Positions 7,816 to 17,904 are shown, numbered from the stretch's first letter. The stretch: 64,000 bases of DNA from an uncultured Candidatus Saccharibacteria bacterium (GCA_934725355.1 CAKVAO010000002.1:73714-137713); one strand, 5' to 3'. The notes: generated by a model not told the origin, from the sequence alone. Numbers and translations are program-made.

Positions 7816-10557
7816 ATGGCAAAAAGGACTGAGTCAAGTGACTTATCAGAGGGCGGTCGCAAGTATACCACCTACTCTAACCTAGCGCGTGACAGGGGTA
7901 AAAGTCGGCGTGAGCTAAAGAAAGAGCATAAGGCTCGTGCTAAGGCGGAGTATTTGGCAACTCTGCCAAAGAATCCTGTGAAGCGCTTCTTTGCTCGACT
8001 TCATCCGAAACGCGTTTTTAAGTATTGGTTCAGCATGGATGGGCTAAAAATGCTCGGCAAAATATTCGGCATTCTATTGGTTGTCATGCTGATTGTAGTT
8101 GTTGTTGCTTATCTATATTTCCGCAATGAACTAAAATCACTAGAGCCGTCCGAGCTAAATAAACGCGTACAAACAACCGTTACTAAATACTACGATCGTA
8201 ATGGCGAGTTGCTATGGGAAGATACTGGCTCGGGTGAGTATCGTTTGGTGGTCGACTCGAATGGTATCAGCAAGTATATGAAGGATGCGACTGTCGCTAT
8301 CGAGGATAAGTATTTCTATAAGCACGGTGGCGTGTCGTTGACTGGTACAGCACGTGCAGTCTTGAATAACGTATTTGGCAGTGGCGGTACGCAGGGTGGC
8401 TCGACTTTGACGCAGCAGCTGGTAAAACAGGTCTTCTTCGAAGACGAAGCTGGTGACCGTGGCATTAGTGGTATCCCGCGCAAGATTAAGGAGGCTATCC
8501 TGTCGGTAGAGGCAGAGCGAATCTACACTAAGGATCAGATTTTGACTATGTACCTAAATGAGTCGCCGTATGGTGGACGTCGTAATGGTGTAGAGTCGGC
8601 TAGCCAAACATATTTTGGCAAGTCAGCAAAGGACTTAACGATTGACGAAGCAGCGCTACTAGCGTCGATTCCGCAGTCGCCGACCTACTATAACCCATAT
8701 AATACTGATGGTAATGATGCTCTAGTTGGTCGCCAACACACTGTTATCGACTATATGGCTGAACAAGGTATGATTACCAAGGATGAGGCTAATTCAGCTA
8801 AAGCGGTCTCGACATTGGACAAGATTAAGCCGCAGACCCAGCAGATGGAAGGAGCTAAAGCACCCCACTTCATTCAGATGGTGAAGAATGAGCTAACGAA
8901 TAAATTGGGTGCTAAGGTGATGGGTCAAGGTGGCTTGACTATTAAGACAACACTTGATCTGCGCGTCCAGAACAAGCTAGAAAGCACAATGAATGAACTG
9001 TTTAACGGTAAGTACAAGTATCTGCAGAAGCGCTTTGGCTTTGATAACTCATCAATGACGTTGATGGATAGTCAAACTGGTCAAATCCTAGGTTTGCAAG
9101 GTAGCCGTGACTATAACTATCCTGGCTATGGCGCTGTTAACAGCGCAACATCGTTCATTCAGCCGGGTTCGTCGATTAAGCCGCTGGTTTATGCGTCGTT
9201 GATTAATAACCAGAATAACGAGAATGGCACCTATGGTGCAGGATCAATCATTCCTGATACACCGATTCCGCAGAATATTTACCGTACGACTGATGGTAAC
9301 TCGGTGAAGAACGCTGATGGTAAGTTCAAGGGCGACATTCCGATTCGTAAATCACTGGGTGGTTCACGTAACGTTCCGGCAATTAAGGCGATGGCGCTGA
9401 ATGGCGTGCAGACGACTTGGGATACTATCCATGCTGCAGGTGATGCCAGCTACTGTACAGATGGTGCAGATAAAAACTCTGGTCTAGCTTCGGCTATTGG
9501 TGGTTGTGGTGCTAAGCAGGTTGAGCATGCGAATGCCTTTGCTACATTGGCGCGTGGTGGCGTATACAAGCCATATACAACTCTAATCGAGGTGACCAAC
9601 AGCCAGAAAGAAAAGTTGTACGATTATAATACTGAATACGCAAAGTCCGAGAATCACAAGCAGGTTATTGACCCGCAAACATCGTACATCATCAGTGATA
9701 TTCTAAGTGATGACAACGCACGTAAGGATACCTTTGGCTGGCGTCCGACTGGCTTCTACTATCCGAATATCAAGACAGCTACTAAGACTGGTACGACTAA
9801 CATCGGCACTAAATCTAAGGACCTATGGATGATGAGCTATACACCTAAAGCAGTGTTCTCTATCTGGGCTGGTAACCACACCCCTGCTGCTCTAAACGGT
9901 GCGGCTGATGGTATGTCGTTGGGTCCGGTAACGGCTGATATTACTAAGGCGGTCTATGCAATATTCAAGCAAGATGGCACTTATCATGATAACGATTGGT
10001 TCCAACGTCCTAATGGCATTCAGGAGCTAAAGATTAATAACGCTAAGGATCTTTACCCATCTTGGTACAACAAGAATCAGAAGACCACTAAGACTAAGAA
10101 GGTAACCTTCGATAAGGTCACGAAGAAATTAGCTAGTAAATGTACGCCTGATGGCGCCAAGGAAAGCTTGGACGTTACAATAACCACCGATTCGTTAACA
10201 AAGAAGACGAATGAGACTCCGCCAGAAGGCTATAACAACAAAGAGTACGACGACTATCATAAATGTTCGGACTCTGTGCCATTTATCTCAGAGATTACAA
10301 TGACGCAACGTGAATCGGGCGGAGACAAGTATGTGACACTGTCGGTCATTGCTAAGCAAGGTACGTATGCAATTAAGGATGTGACTATGAGTATTAATGG
10401 TAAGAACTACCAAGCTAAGTTAAATGGTGGCTCGTGGGACGTTACACTGAAGCGTGACGATACTAGTAGCTACGCAGTTAAGGCAACCGTAACTGATGAA
10501 GCTTACTATACGGCAACTTATGATCGATCACTGACGGCCGATCAAGATCAAAGTTAG
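7816..10557 (+). CDS. class A penicillin-binding protein (glycosyltransferase GT51 + transpeptidase) with C-terminal extension
   Basis: GT51 motifs are EDKYFYKHGG and GGSTLTQQLVK. Transpeptidase motifs are SSIK (SxxK), SRN and KTGT. There is an N-terminal TM anchor. Confidence 0.9.
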   Translation: MAKRTESSDLSEGGRKYTTYSNLARDRGKSRRELKKEHKARAKAEYLATLPKNPVKRFFARLHPKRVFKYWFSMDGLKMLGKIFGILLVVMLIVVVVAYLYFRNELKSLEPSELNKRVQTTVTKYYDRNGELLWEDTGSGEYRLVVDSNGISKYMKDATVAIEDKYFYKHGGVSLTGTARAVLNNVFGSGGTQGGSTLTQQLVKQVFFEDEAGDRGISGIPRKIKEAILSVEAERIYTKDQILTMYLNESPYGGRRNGVESASQTYFGKSAKDLTIDEAALLASIPQSPTYYNPYNTDGNDALVGRQHTVIDYMAEQGMITKDEANSAKAVSTLDKIKPQTQQMEGAKAPHFIQMVKNELTNKLGAKVMGQGGLTIKTTLDLRVQNKLESTMNELFNGKYKYLQKRFGFDNSSMTLMDSQTGQILGLQGSRDYNYPGYGAVNSATSFIQPGSSIKPLVYASLINNQNNENGTYGAGSIIPDTPIPQNIYRTTDGNSVKNADGKFKGDIPIRKSLGGSRNVPAIKAMALNGVQTTWDTIHAAGDASYCTDGADKNSGLASAIGGCGAKQVEHANAFATLARGGVYKPYTTLIEVTNSQKEKLYDYNTEYAKSENHKQVIDPQTSYIISDILSDDNARKDTFGWRPTGFYYPNIKTATKTGTTNIGTKSKDLWMMSYTPKAVFSIWAGNHTPAALNGAADGMSLGPVTADITKAVYAIFKQDGTYHDNDWFQRPNGIQELKINNAKDLYPSWYNKNQKTTKTKKVTFDKVTKKLASKCTPDGAKESLDVTITTDSLTKKTNETPPEGYNNKEYDDYHKCSDSVPFISEITMTQRESGGDKYVTLSVIAKQGTYAIKDVTMSINGKNYQAKLNGGSWDVTLKRDDTSSYAVKATVTDEAYYTATYDRSLTADQDQS

Positions 10558-10572
10558 TTAAGAGGAGGATTA

Positions 10573-11712
10573 GTGAAGCTACAGACAAAAAATACAATTT
10601 GGCAACGTATACAGCGCTGGCTGAAACGACCGGGTAACTCGGTGCAGCTGATAGTTAGCGTAATATCGGTGTTGCTATTGGTGATTGCTGTCTGTTCCTT
10701 TGGTAATCCAGCGACAGATGTGCGGCCGCTGTCTGACCATGTCAGCGCTAACATCTGGCGTGTAGTATTTACAGCGATTACTGTTGTGATGTTGGTGGTT
10801 GCCACGCGACGCTACCAACAGCCGAAGTTGGTTGCCGATGGCAATGACAAGTGGCTGAATCGTTTGAGTATCATCCTGCCTGCTATAGCTGTGGTGTTTG
10901 CGCTAATCGAGCTGATTTGGCCAGAGTTTGCTACCCTGCTGGTGCGCAAGGAAGATTGGCCGTTTATGCGTAACGCTATTTTTGTTAAGTGTTCCTTTGA
11001 AATCGTTGGCGTAGTACTCATGGCGATGACGGCAAAGCGTTACTTTAAGCACAATATGAAGCTGGCGGGTGTTTTTGCTGTCATAATCGCCCTAGTGCTG
11101 TTTGTAATGGCTGGCGAAGAAATGTCATGGGGGCAGCGTATCTTTAGGTGGGATACGCCGGAATCGATGAAGGGTATTAACCAGCAGAAAGAAATGAATT
11201 TGCATAATCTAGCGACACAGACATTCCAGAATACACTGTATTTTGGTTGCTGGATACTACTGATAGCTATGCCGTTCATGCGTAAATTATTGCAGAAGAT
11301 TCTTAATGGTATTAAGCCCTTAAAGTTTTTAGTCGATTGGTTGCCACCTGCGCAGTTCATACTGCTATTTGCCGTCGGTTTTGCCTTTATGGATCCGCTG
11401 ATTAGCAAACAAGGTTCGCCAGAGACTGGATTATATTATAACTCCAACCTATTCATTATTATTGGTACGTTAATATTCCTGCTTGCTACCTTAATTGGTC
11501 AGTTTAGACAACACGCCAAACAGCGAGATGTTATACATACGGCTGTGGTGCTGGCGATATTTGTCGGTATTACAATATTCAGTTTGTTCTATAATCGCGT
11601 CTGGAGCTATAACTCTGGCGCTGCGACTGAATACTTAGAATTGTTTATTGTCTTTGGTCTGATGATGTGGACAGCGTTGATTAATCGTGCAACCAAGCGA
11701 AGCTTGCGTTAA
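10573..11712 (+). CDS. polytopic membrane protein, function unknown
   Basis: GTG start preceded by GAGGAGG. Contains at least 8 hydrophobic segments and the conserved-looking loop GEEMSWGQRIFRW. Confidence 0.65.
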   Translation: MKLQTKNTIWQRIQRWLKRPGNSVQLIVSVISVLLLVIAVCSFGNPATDVRPLSDHVSANIWRVVFTAITVVMLVVATRRYQQPKLVADGNDKWLNRLSIILPAIAVVFALIELIWPEFATLLVRKEDWPFMRNAIFVKCSFEIVGVVLMAMTAKRYFKHNMKLAGVFAVIIALVLFVMAGEEMSWGQRIFRWDTPESMKGINQQKEMNLHNLATQTFQNTLYFGCWILLIAMPFMRKLLQKILNGIKPLKFLVDWLPPAQFILLFAVGFAFMDPLISKQGSPETGLYYNSNLFIIIGTLIFLLATLIGQFRQHAKQRDVIHTAVVLAIFVGITIFSLFYNRVWSYNSGAATEYLELFIVFGLMMWTALINRATKRSLR

Positions 11713-11733
11713 TGTGCTAATATATTAGTAATA

Positions 11734-12222
11734 ATGATGGATCAGATGTTTGACGAGGTTAGCTTAGAGCGCCGAATTTATTCACTCTTCAAGCTAGATA
11801 TTAGCATCAAGGCGGTGATTGCTGACAATATACCGACTAGTCGCAGTGCTAATGCTACTGTGATTTTAACGAAGGATAACCTGCTATTCTGCTTTATCGA
11901 TTCGAAGATGCATTTAACGCTCGGTGACATACGTAAGATGATTACGCGGATGAATATGCATATAGAGAAGCTATTGGCGCCGGGTGCTGACGTTGACTAT
12001 TTTGATAGCATTGCCAAAGAGAAATTTAGCCAGACCTTCCCGGGTCGCATTGCGGTATCGGAAAGCGATTTAGCCTTCTATCGCACGCTCGTTCCTTATT
12101 GCCCTGCTCTAGTTCAAATATCGGGCATTACAGGTGGTGTAATTCGTCAGTATGACCCAACTGCCGTGGGTAACTGGCGTCCGTCGGTGCGATTCAGCTA
12201 TCGTCGCATGAAAACTAGTTAA
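11734..12222 (+). CDS. hypothetical protein (162 aa)
   Basis: Long ORF with no recognisable motif. TAATAT lies 10 nt upstream of the ATG. Confidence 0.55.
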   Translation: MMDQMFDEVSLERRIYSLFKLDISIKAVIADNIPTSRSANATVILTKDNLLFCFIDSKMHLTLGDIRKMITRMNMHIEKLLAPGADVDYFDSIAKEKFSQTFPGRIAVSESDLAFYRTLVPYCPALVQISGITGGVIRQYDPTAVGNWRPSVRFSYRRMKTS

Positions 12223-12439
12223 CTATACTAAACTACTGCTATTCTATTGGGCTATCGGGCTGTCAGGCTTGATGTATTGATTATCTAACCTGGTAAAATC
12301 TACGTTTTGACGACCCGTGGACACGTTAAAGCCTCAAACACTAGATAGCTCAATGACTATCAGACTGATAGGTATCGCTGACTTATCGGTCTGTGCGTTT
12401 TATATGCGACCTATTTATTTGGCTTGTCGGTTTATTGAT

Positions 12440-13003
12440 TTATTTTTCGATCTTTGTGACAATCTCGTCCGATAGCTCATTTGGGTCGATGTCGCGCTTT
12501 GCTACTCTTAATCCAGCTGCACCAATAACTATGGGAATAATGCCAACAACGGCAATACCAATAGCACTCTGCAAGACATCAGATAGTGTGCGGTGTTTTG
12601 AGCTGACGGTGTCTAGATGATAGCTACTATTGCTTGGTCGGTGCTTGTCGTAGTCTATGTCAATAGTTTGACCAAGTTTCAGGTTGCACTTATCGACAGT
12701 TGGACTGCCGTGGTAAGCCATAGCGTCAGTGTAGGTGCGTCCGTCAACCTTTATTTCGTAATTAACCTGGCACTTTTGGGCGTTTTGACCGCGCTCGTCT
12801 TTGCCGACACCTGTAACTTTGCTGACTTTAGTTACCTTACCTTTTGTGGATATGGTACGTCTGACTAGCGAATAATGCTGCCAAACAGTTGTGCAGGCTA
12901 ATAGAAGTGTGGCTATACCAATTAGAATTAAAACACGGCAGGTTGGCTTGTATAGCTGTCCTAATACGCGGACTTTCTCTTTGTGCGTCAGCTTCTTCCT
13001 CAT
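12440..13003 (-). CDS. DUF3592-like two-TM membrane protein
   Basis: Architecture is TM, then a beta-rich core (VNYEIKVDGRTYTD...IDIDYDKHRPSNS), then TM. It is a paralogue of the upstream gene and starts 2 nt after that gene's stop. Confidence 0.55.
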   Translation of the reverse strand: MRKKLTHKEKVRVLGQLYKPTCRVLILIGIATLLLACTTVWQHYSLVRRTISTKGKVTKVSKVTGVGKDERGQNAQKCQVNYEIKVDGRTYTDAMAYHGSPTVDKCNLKLGQTIDIDYDKHRPSNSSYHLDTVSSKHRTLSDVLQSAIGIAVVGIIPIVIGAAGLRVAKRDIDPNELSDEIVTKIEK

Positions 13004-13005
13004 TG

Positions 13006-13617
13006 CTATTTTTCGGATCCTTGCTTAGCTTTCTTTTTAGCGGCAACGCTAGCGCGACGTTTAATAGCACGAATCTCGGCTTCTTTATCAGCTTCTTCGC
13101 CCTGCAATTCTGAACGGACAGCCTTGCGAATGGCGATTAGACCGATAAATCCAATGCCTAGAGAAACTATACCGACTAGCAGATAGGCGATAGTCATTAG
13201 TTTGGCTACTTCGCGATCCTGACTGTTGTCGTTATAGGCGTTGTTAGCTGGATTACCCTTTTCGTACCGAATAGTAATAGTAGCATCCTTGGATAGCTGG
13301 CAGTTTAGTTGGCTTGGTAATGAACGCCAAGCGGTCTTGCTGCTGTATTCTTTGTCGTCGACTTTGAATTTGTATTCGACAAAGCAATACATAACATCAT
13401 CGTATTTGTCGTCCTTTACAGATTCTAGTTTAGTTACAGTCGCAACGGCCTTGTTGTCGCGACTTGCATAGCTATGATAGTGATCAGACGACGTCATGCC
13501 CATAGATAGACTCCATACGCCTAGCGCAATTAGTACCAAGCAAATTATGCGATAGACAATACGCGCTGCTAGACTTGTACGCACATGACGATGAAATCCT
13601 GATTCCCTCGTATTCAT
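13006..13617 (-). CDS. DUF3592-like two-TM membrane protein with Lys/Ala-rich tail
   Basis: Architecture is TM, core (FVEYKFKVDDKEYSS...ITIRYEKGNPANN), then TM. TGaTAAAAT lies 8 nt upstream of the ATG. Confidence 0.55.
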   Translation of the reverse strand: MNTRESGFHRHVRTSLAARIVYRIICLVLIALGVWSLSMGMTSSDHYHSYASRDNKAVATVTKLESVKDDKYDDVMYCFVEYKFKVDDKEYSSKTAWRSLPSQLNCQLSKDATITIRYEKGNPANNAYNDNSQDREVAKLMTIAYLLVGIVSLGIGFIGLIAIRKAVRSELQGEEADKEAEIRAIKRRASVAAKKKAKQGSEK

Positions 13618-13664
13618 AATATCTGTATTTTATCACGCTAACGCCAGATTTGCTAGACGCGGTA

Positions 13665-14741
13665 TTAGATCTGCGTTGGTCTGCGATTAAGCCGTTGGTT
13701 GATCATAGTAAATTGTCGTCGAATCTCACGCTTGTTTGGCCTGGTTTTCGGGTAATATACCTGACCAATTAAACGGTTGCCGAACTCTAATAGTGCCAGC
13801 TGCTCGGCTGTAGCCGATCCTCTATCGTCCATGTAGCCATCATAATCGGTATCAGACTTAAGGAACGATACTATGACTACTACTATTAAAATAATCGTGA
13901 CTGATAGCATTAGGATGTTTTGCATAGCAAACATGATAGATGATATAAGCCAACCTGAGGCAATCGCAACTAGTGTGCCGATAGTAAGGAACTTAGTTTC
14001 GCGACTTTGGCCTAGAATTGTATTCAGTATACTACGCAGCGATGACCGTAGCTGGTCCAACGGCGATACTCTATAGTACTTTGGTCTCCAGCGATGCCTG
14101 ATGGCATCACTAATGTCGTAAATTTGATCAAGCAATTCACGCGCTTCAGCTAGTGTCATCCTACTTCTTGAAAAATCATAAGATAGGCCGAGGCTGCGAA
14201 AGCCACTATCGATTAGGCTAATCATAGTCGGGCTGGCTGGTAGTTGATCTGCACCTCCTCCATCACCGTTAACATCTGCAAAGCGTACAATTCGGCGTGT
14301 CTTTAAAAGCTTACGGAGTGAGGCGGTTGCGATTACTAGTCCCACAACGAAGACTGCGCCGCATATGATGGGCTGAGAGTCCGGTAGGTTGTTCTGCCAC
14401 TTTAAGAAATAGGCCGCTGTAAACAATCCGCCCAATGTCATAGCAGTTAGACCGACAATAATGCCTACTATGCTTACGGCGTATTGCAGATAGTTTTCAA
14501 CATTTCTGGCTAGCCCCATATTATATTGACGCTGACTCGGGTTTGTGCTTACGTCTGACGGTTGGTTGGTCTGGCTTCGGTGTAGTTGTCTAGTAGCCTC
14601 ATGGATGATCTCATCAGCTTCAGAGCTGGTTAATTTGCGTTGATCGAGGGGATAAAACTGACCAATACTCTTAAATAGCTGATCAATCTGTGCCAGTTGA
14701 TCGGTTGATGCGGGTTGGGTACGCTCAGTATCTGACTGCAT
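13665..14741 (-). CDS. membrane protein with three repeated soluble modules alternating with TM pairs
   Basis: 358-aa ORF. See the finding for the internal triplication. Confidence 0.6.
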   Translation of the reverse strand: MQSDTERTQPASTDQLAQIDQLFKSIGQFYPLDQRKLTSSEADEIIHEATRQLHRSQTNQPSDVSTNPSQRQYNMGLARNVENYLQYAVSIVGIIVGLTAMTLGGLFTAAYFLKWQNNLPDSQPIICGAVFVVGLVIATASLRKLLKTRRIVRFADVNGDGGGADQLPASPTMISLIDSGFRSLGLSYDFSRSRMTLAEARELLDQIYDISDAIRHRWRPKYYRVSPLDQLRSSLRSILNTILGQSRETKFLTIGTLVAIASGWLISSIMFAMQNILMLSVTIILIVVVIVSFLKSDTDYDGYMDDRGSATAEQLALLEFGNRLIGQVYYPKTRPNKREIRRQFTMINQRLNRRPTQI

Positions 14742-14752
14742 AATTATGATTA

Positions 14753-15931
14753 TTATTTTAACCTAAGTACGATTAAGTTTTCAATATGCGGTGTACGTGG
14801 AAAGAAGTTGAACGGTTGAGCGTGAGAAATCCTGTATTTAGCAGACAACAACGCAACGTCGCGGGCTTGAGTAGCAGGATTGCATGACAAGTAGATCACG
14901 CATTTTGGCTGAGTTTCTAGGATGCGGCCAACTACCTTGCCATCTAGTCCTGCGCGCGGTGGGTCAACAATAATACAGGCATCAGAAGTGATGTAATCGA
15001 GTGCCTCTTCGGACTTTGCGTGGATAGTTCGGATGTCTGTGCGATTGGACGGCACGTTGTTCTGTAGTTCGCGGAAGGCGGAATTATCGGTTTCCACTAA
15101 CGTCAACTGGCGATCGCGGGCGACAGACAAACCAATAGTACCTACGCCGGAGTACATGTCGACTACCCTGTTGCTATCGTCGAGGTGTTGCTTAATTTCG
15201 TTTAACGCCATCTCGTAAACAGGCAGATTGATCTGAAAGAAGCCATTTGGCGAATAGGTGTAAGCCTCGCCTAGGATTGTGTCGGTTAGGTTGGCCATTG
15301 TTGGATGAGATTTGCCGTTTTCGAACAGCGCCCCACTCACCTGTCCAGCCTGATTACAGCGAATTAGTAAAGATTGATATTTACGCGCCTCCTCGCCATC
15401 AGCGTTTAGCTGGTCAATAATGCGTTGAGCCTCTGCCCAGATCTCGGGTCGTTCGATACTACTAGATTTGACTAGGATTTTTTGGTGGCTACCACGACGA
15501 TGGAAGGCAGGCCAGATTCTCGCGGTGTCATGATCCCACCATAACGAGTACTCCATCTTGTTGCGGTATTGCCAAAACTTGCCATCGCCCTTTATCTCGG
15601 CATAAGGCAGCTCGATATGCTCTTGGCGGAACGCCTCTGTGACTAGTTCGGACTTATATTTAGTCTCGGCGGTTTCAGTCATGATTTGCCATGGTGAAGT
15701 GGATAGATAGCATTCATCGCGTGGCGCAATGCGCTCGGGCGTAGCGGTAAGTATTTCAGTGGTTACTGCCTCGGCGTAGTGCTTTTTAGACTTGGTTAAC
15801 TGTACCTTAACAGTTTCGTTTGACAATGCACCCCATACAAACACCTTGCGACCGTCGCTTAGCTCACCTAGAGCCTGCCCGCCGGGCACTAATTTCTCGA
15901 TTTTTACTTGTTCGATAATCACCTGCTTCAT
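14753..15931 (-). CDS. RNA (uracil-5-)-methyltransferase, RlmD/TrmA (RumA) family
   Basis: SAM motif is VVDMYSGVGTIG, with IIVDPPRAGL and catalytic-Cys motif YLSCNPAT. The N-terminal region is TRAM-like. Confidence 0.85.
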   Translation of the reverse strand: MKQVIIEQVKIEKLVPGGQALGELSDGRKVFVWGALSNETVKVQLTKSKKHYAEAVTTEILTATPERIAPRDECYLSTSPWQIMTETAETKYKSELVTEAFRQEHIELPYAEIKGDGKFWQYRNKMEYSLWWDHDTARIWPAFHRRGSHQKILVKSSSIERPEIWAEAQRIIDQLNADGEEARKYQSLLIRCNQAGQVSGALFENGKSHPTMANLTDTILGEAYTYSPNGFFQINLPVYEMALNEIKQHLDDSNRVVDMYSGVGTIGLSVARDRQLTLVETDNSAFRELQNNVPSNRTDIRTIHAKSEEALDYITSDACIIVDPPRAGLDGKVVGRILETQPKCVIYLSCNPATQARDVALLSAKYRISHAQPFNFFPRTPHIENLIVLRLK

Positions 15932-15937
15932 AATATT

Positions 15938-15946
15938 AGTATATCA
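15938..15946 (-). promoter_or_regulatory. extended -10 (TGaTATACT) 6 nt upstream of the methyltransferase ATG
   Basis: Minus strand reads aaTGaTATACTaatattATG. Confidence 0.5.
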
Positions 15947-15957
15947 TTGCATAGCGC

Positions 15958-15966
15958 TGATATAAT
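15958..15966 (+). promoter_or_regulatory. extended -10 (TGaTATAAT) 6 nt upstream of the DUF167 ATG
   Basis: Plus strand reads gcTGaTATAATtgacctATG. Confidence 0.5.
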
Positions 15967-15972
15967 TGACCT

Positions 15973-16194
15973 ATGCAAATCCGGATACAGGTAAAGACGG
16001 GCAGTAGTCGTGGCGATGTAATGATTAAGCAGGATGACGGTACTTATTTGGCGTATCTGCGCGCCAAGCCAATTGCGGGTGCGGCTAATGTCTCGCTAAT
16101 TAAGCTATTATCGAAACACTTCAATGTGTCAAAGAGTACAATCCAAATTAAAAATGGTGCTGGCAGTCACTACAAGACAATAACAATTGGCTAA
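15973..16194 (+). CDS. DUF167 (YggU-like) small protein
   Basis: 73 aa. YLRAKPIAGAANVSLIKLLSKHFNVSKSTIQIKNGAGSHYKTITI fits the YggU pattern. Confidence 0.7.
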   Translation: MQIRIQVKTGSSRGDVMIKQDDGTYLAYLRAKPIAGAANVSLIKLLSKHFNVSKSTIQIKNGAGSHYKTITIG

Positions 16195-16276
16195 TTATAG
16201 CTAAGCAGTATGACTGCATTCACACCGCTGGCTGTCAGTCAAAGACGTGATTAATAATGTGGTAATATAGAAATGT

Positions 16277-16353
16277 GGCCCAGTAACTCAATTGGATAGA
16301 GTAGCTCCGTCCTAAGGAGAAAGTTGTAGGTTCGATTCCTATCTGGGCTACCA
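16277..16353 (+). tRNA. tRNA-Arg (anticodon CCU), CCA encoded
   Basis: Hand fold is GGCCCAG/TA/ACTC-AATTGGATA-GAGT/A/GCTCC-GTCCTAA-GGAGA/AAGTT/GTAGG-TTCGATT-CCTAT/CTGGGCT-A-CCA. There is a 27:43 mismatch. Confidence 0.8.
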
Positions 16354-16365
16354 CGAGAATAGTTT

Positions 16366-16400
16366 AAATAGGCGCTGGTGTATCTAGCGCCTATTTGTTA
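16366..16400. terminator. bidirectional hairpin terminator between tRNA-Arg and cysS
   Basis: AAATAGGCGCT-ggtgtatct-AGCGCCTATTT followed by gtt. Confidence 0.65.
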
Positions 16401-16431
16401 ATAGATAATAAGAATATGTAGACAGCGTAGA

Positions 16432-17904
16432 CTACTTGCGTGACCAGATGGTTCTGTCTGGGGCGTCTTTTAGTGTGATGCCCTGCTCTAGCAACTGGTC
16501 GCGAAGGCGATCAGAGGTAGGCCAGTCTTTATTCTGACGAGCAGTCAGGCGCTCGGCAATCAACTGTTTTTGGTTGTCAGTAATATCGGGCGTAGTCGCG
16601 GCGATGTTTAGACCTAGATACGTATCAACGAAATTAATTATTTCGGATAGTTGCTCGATGAGGTTGTTGTCGGTGCTGATGGAATTGAATGCTTGGTCAA
16701 TGTATTTTAGTGCATTTGGTGTATCGAGATCATTTTCGAGTGCAGCAGCAGCGTTCCGTATGTCTTCCTTGACCTTGGCAACTGCGGTGCTGGCTTCATT
16801 GGTGCTATTATCGGTGGTAGCGGAATGTGTAGGGACTTGCCATCTCAGCTCCACAACGCGACGCCAGTTAGCTAGGCGGTTCTTTGCGGCGGCTAGATTA
16901 TCCCAACTAAAGTTACTGGCACTGCGGTAGTGTGACTGCAGAATCAGCATGCGAAAGTCTAGTCCGCTATATCCACGCTCAATAATATCGGGAAGGGTGT
17001 AAAAATTATGTGCAGATTTACTCATTTTTGCACCGTTGACTAGCAGGTGTTCGTTGTGAACAAAGAAACGAGCATATTGCGTGGGCTGGTTGCCAGCCGT
17101 GCTCTGGGCAATCTCATTCTCGTGGTGCGGAAAAATTAGATCAACTCCACCAGTGTGGATGTCAAAAGGTTGTCCGAGATTATCGGTTGACATAACAGAG
17201 CATTCAATGTGCCAACCAGGACGACCAGTATAGTCGATCCAATCAGCAGGCTCACTAGGTTGCTCGTCAGCGGAAAATAGTGCCGGCACTCGGAACTCCC
17301 AAGCTGGCTCGCCAGTTTTCTGCTTCTTCCATAATGCAAAGTCGCGCACCTCGCCCTTGTCGTATTCATCGTTGTTGATGCGCTCGTGGCTGATGTCTTC
17401 GGGGTTGATATAGCTTAGCTGGCCGTACTTGCGAGTCTTAGTATATTCCGAAATGCTGAAATAAATACCATCGTCGGCTAAGTAAGCAATGCCCTGCTCT
17501 AGTAGACGTAAGATCAATGCTTGCATTTTGGCGATATTTGCAGTTGCTGTAACGAACTTGATTGAGTCAGTATCGTTGCCAACCTGCTTCATCTCGTCTA
17601 AAAATATCTTTTCGTATTTAGCTGTTAACTTAGACAGGGCTTGCTCGGGCGTATCGTTAGGGTAGTCTATTTTGGAGTCGCGGATGGTTTTGTCGTCAAC
17701 ATCGGTAAAGTTCATTACATGCTTAGTTTTGTAACCCGCTAGATTGATTATGCGGCGTAGAATATCGGCGTAAATATAAGCACTAAGATTGCCGATGTGA
17801 GCATGGTTATAAACAGTTGGACCACAAGAATAAATCCGCGCCAATTTGCCATCGGCTGGCGCGAAATCATCAATTTGCTTGGTTAATGTATTGTGCAGTT
17901 TCAT
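16432..17904 (-). CDS. cysS: cysteine--tRNA ligase
   Basis: HIGH-type motif is NHAHIGN, with KMSKS and a class I CysRS layout. 490 aa. Confidence 0.92.
   Translation of the reverse strand: MKLHNTLTKQIDDFAPADGKLARIYSCGPTVYNHAHIGNLSAYIYADILRRIINLAGYKTKHVMNFTDVDDKTIRDSKIDYPNDTPEQALSKLTAKYEKIFLDEMKQVGNDTDSIKFVTATANIAKMQALILRLLEQGIAYLADDGIYFSISEYTKTRKYGQLSYINPEDISHERINNDEYDKGEVRDFALWKKQKTGEPAWEFRVPALFSADEQPSEPADWIDYTGRPGWHIECSVMSTDNLGQPFDIHTGGVDLIFPHHENEIAQSTAGNQPTQYARFFVHNEHLLVNGAKMSKSAHNFYTLPDIIERGYSGLDFRMLILQSHYRSASNFSWDNLAAAKNRLANWRRVVELRWQVPTHSATTDNSTNEASTAVAKVKEDIRNAAAALENDLDTPNALKYIDQAFNSISTDNNLIEQLSEIINFVDTYLGLNIAATTPDITDNQKQLIAERLTARQNKDWPTSDRLRDQLLEQGITLKDAPDRTIWSRK

Noticed and set aside
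12357-12371. 15-bp palindrome CTATCAGaCTGATAG
   Set aside because: It lies in a 3'-3' convergent intergenic region, is short and occurs once. It is not distinguishable from chance or from part of a weak terminator.
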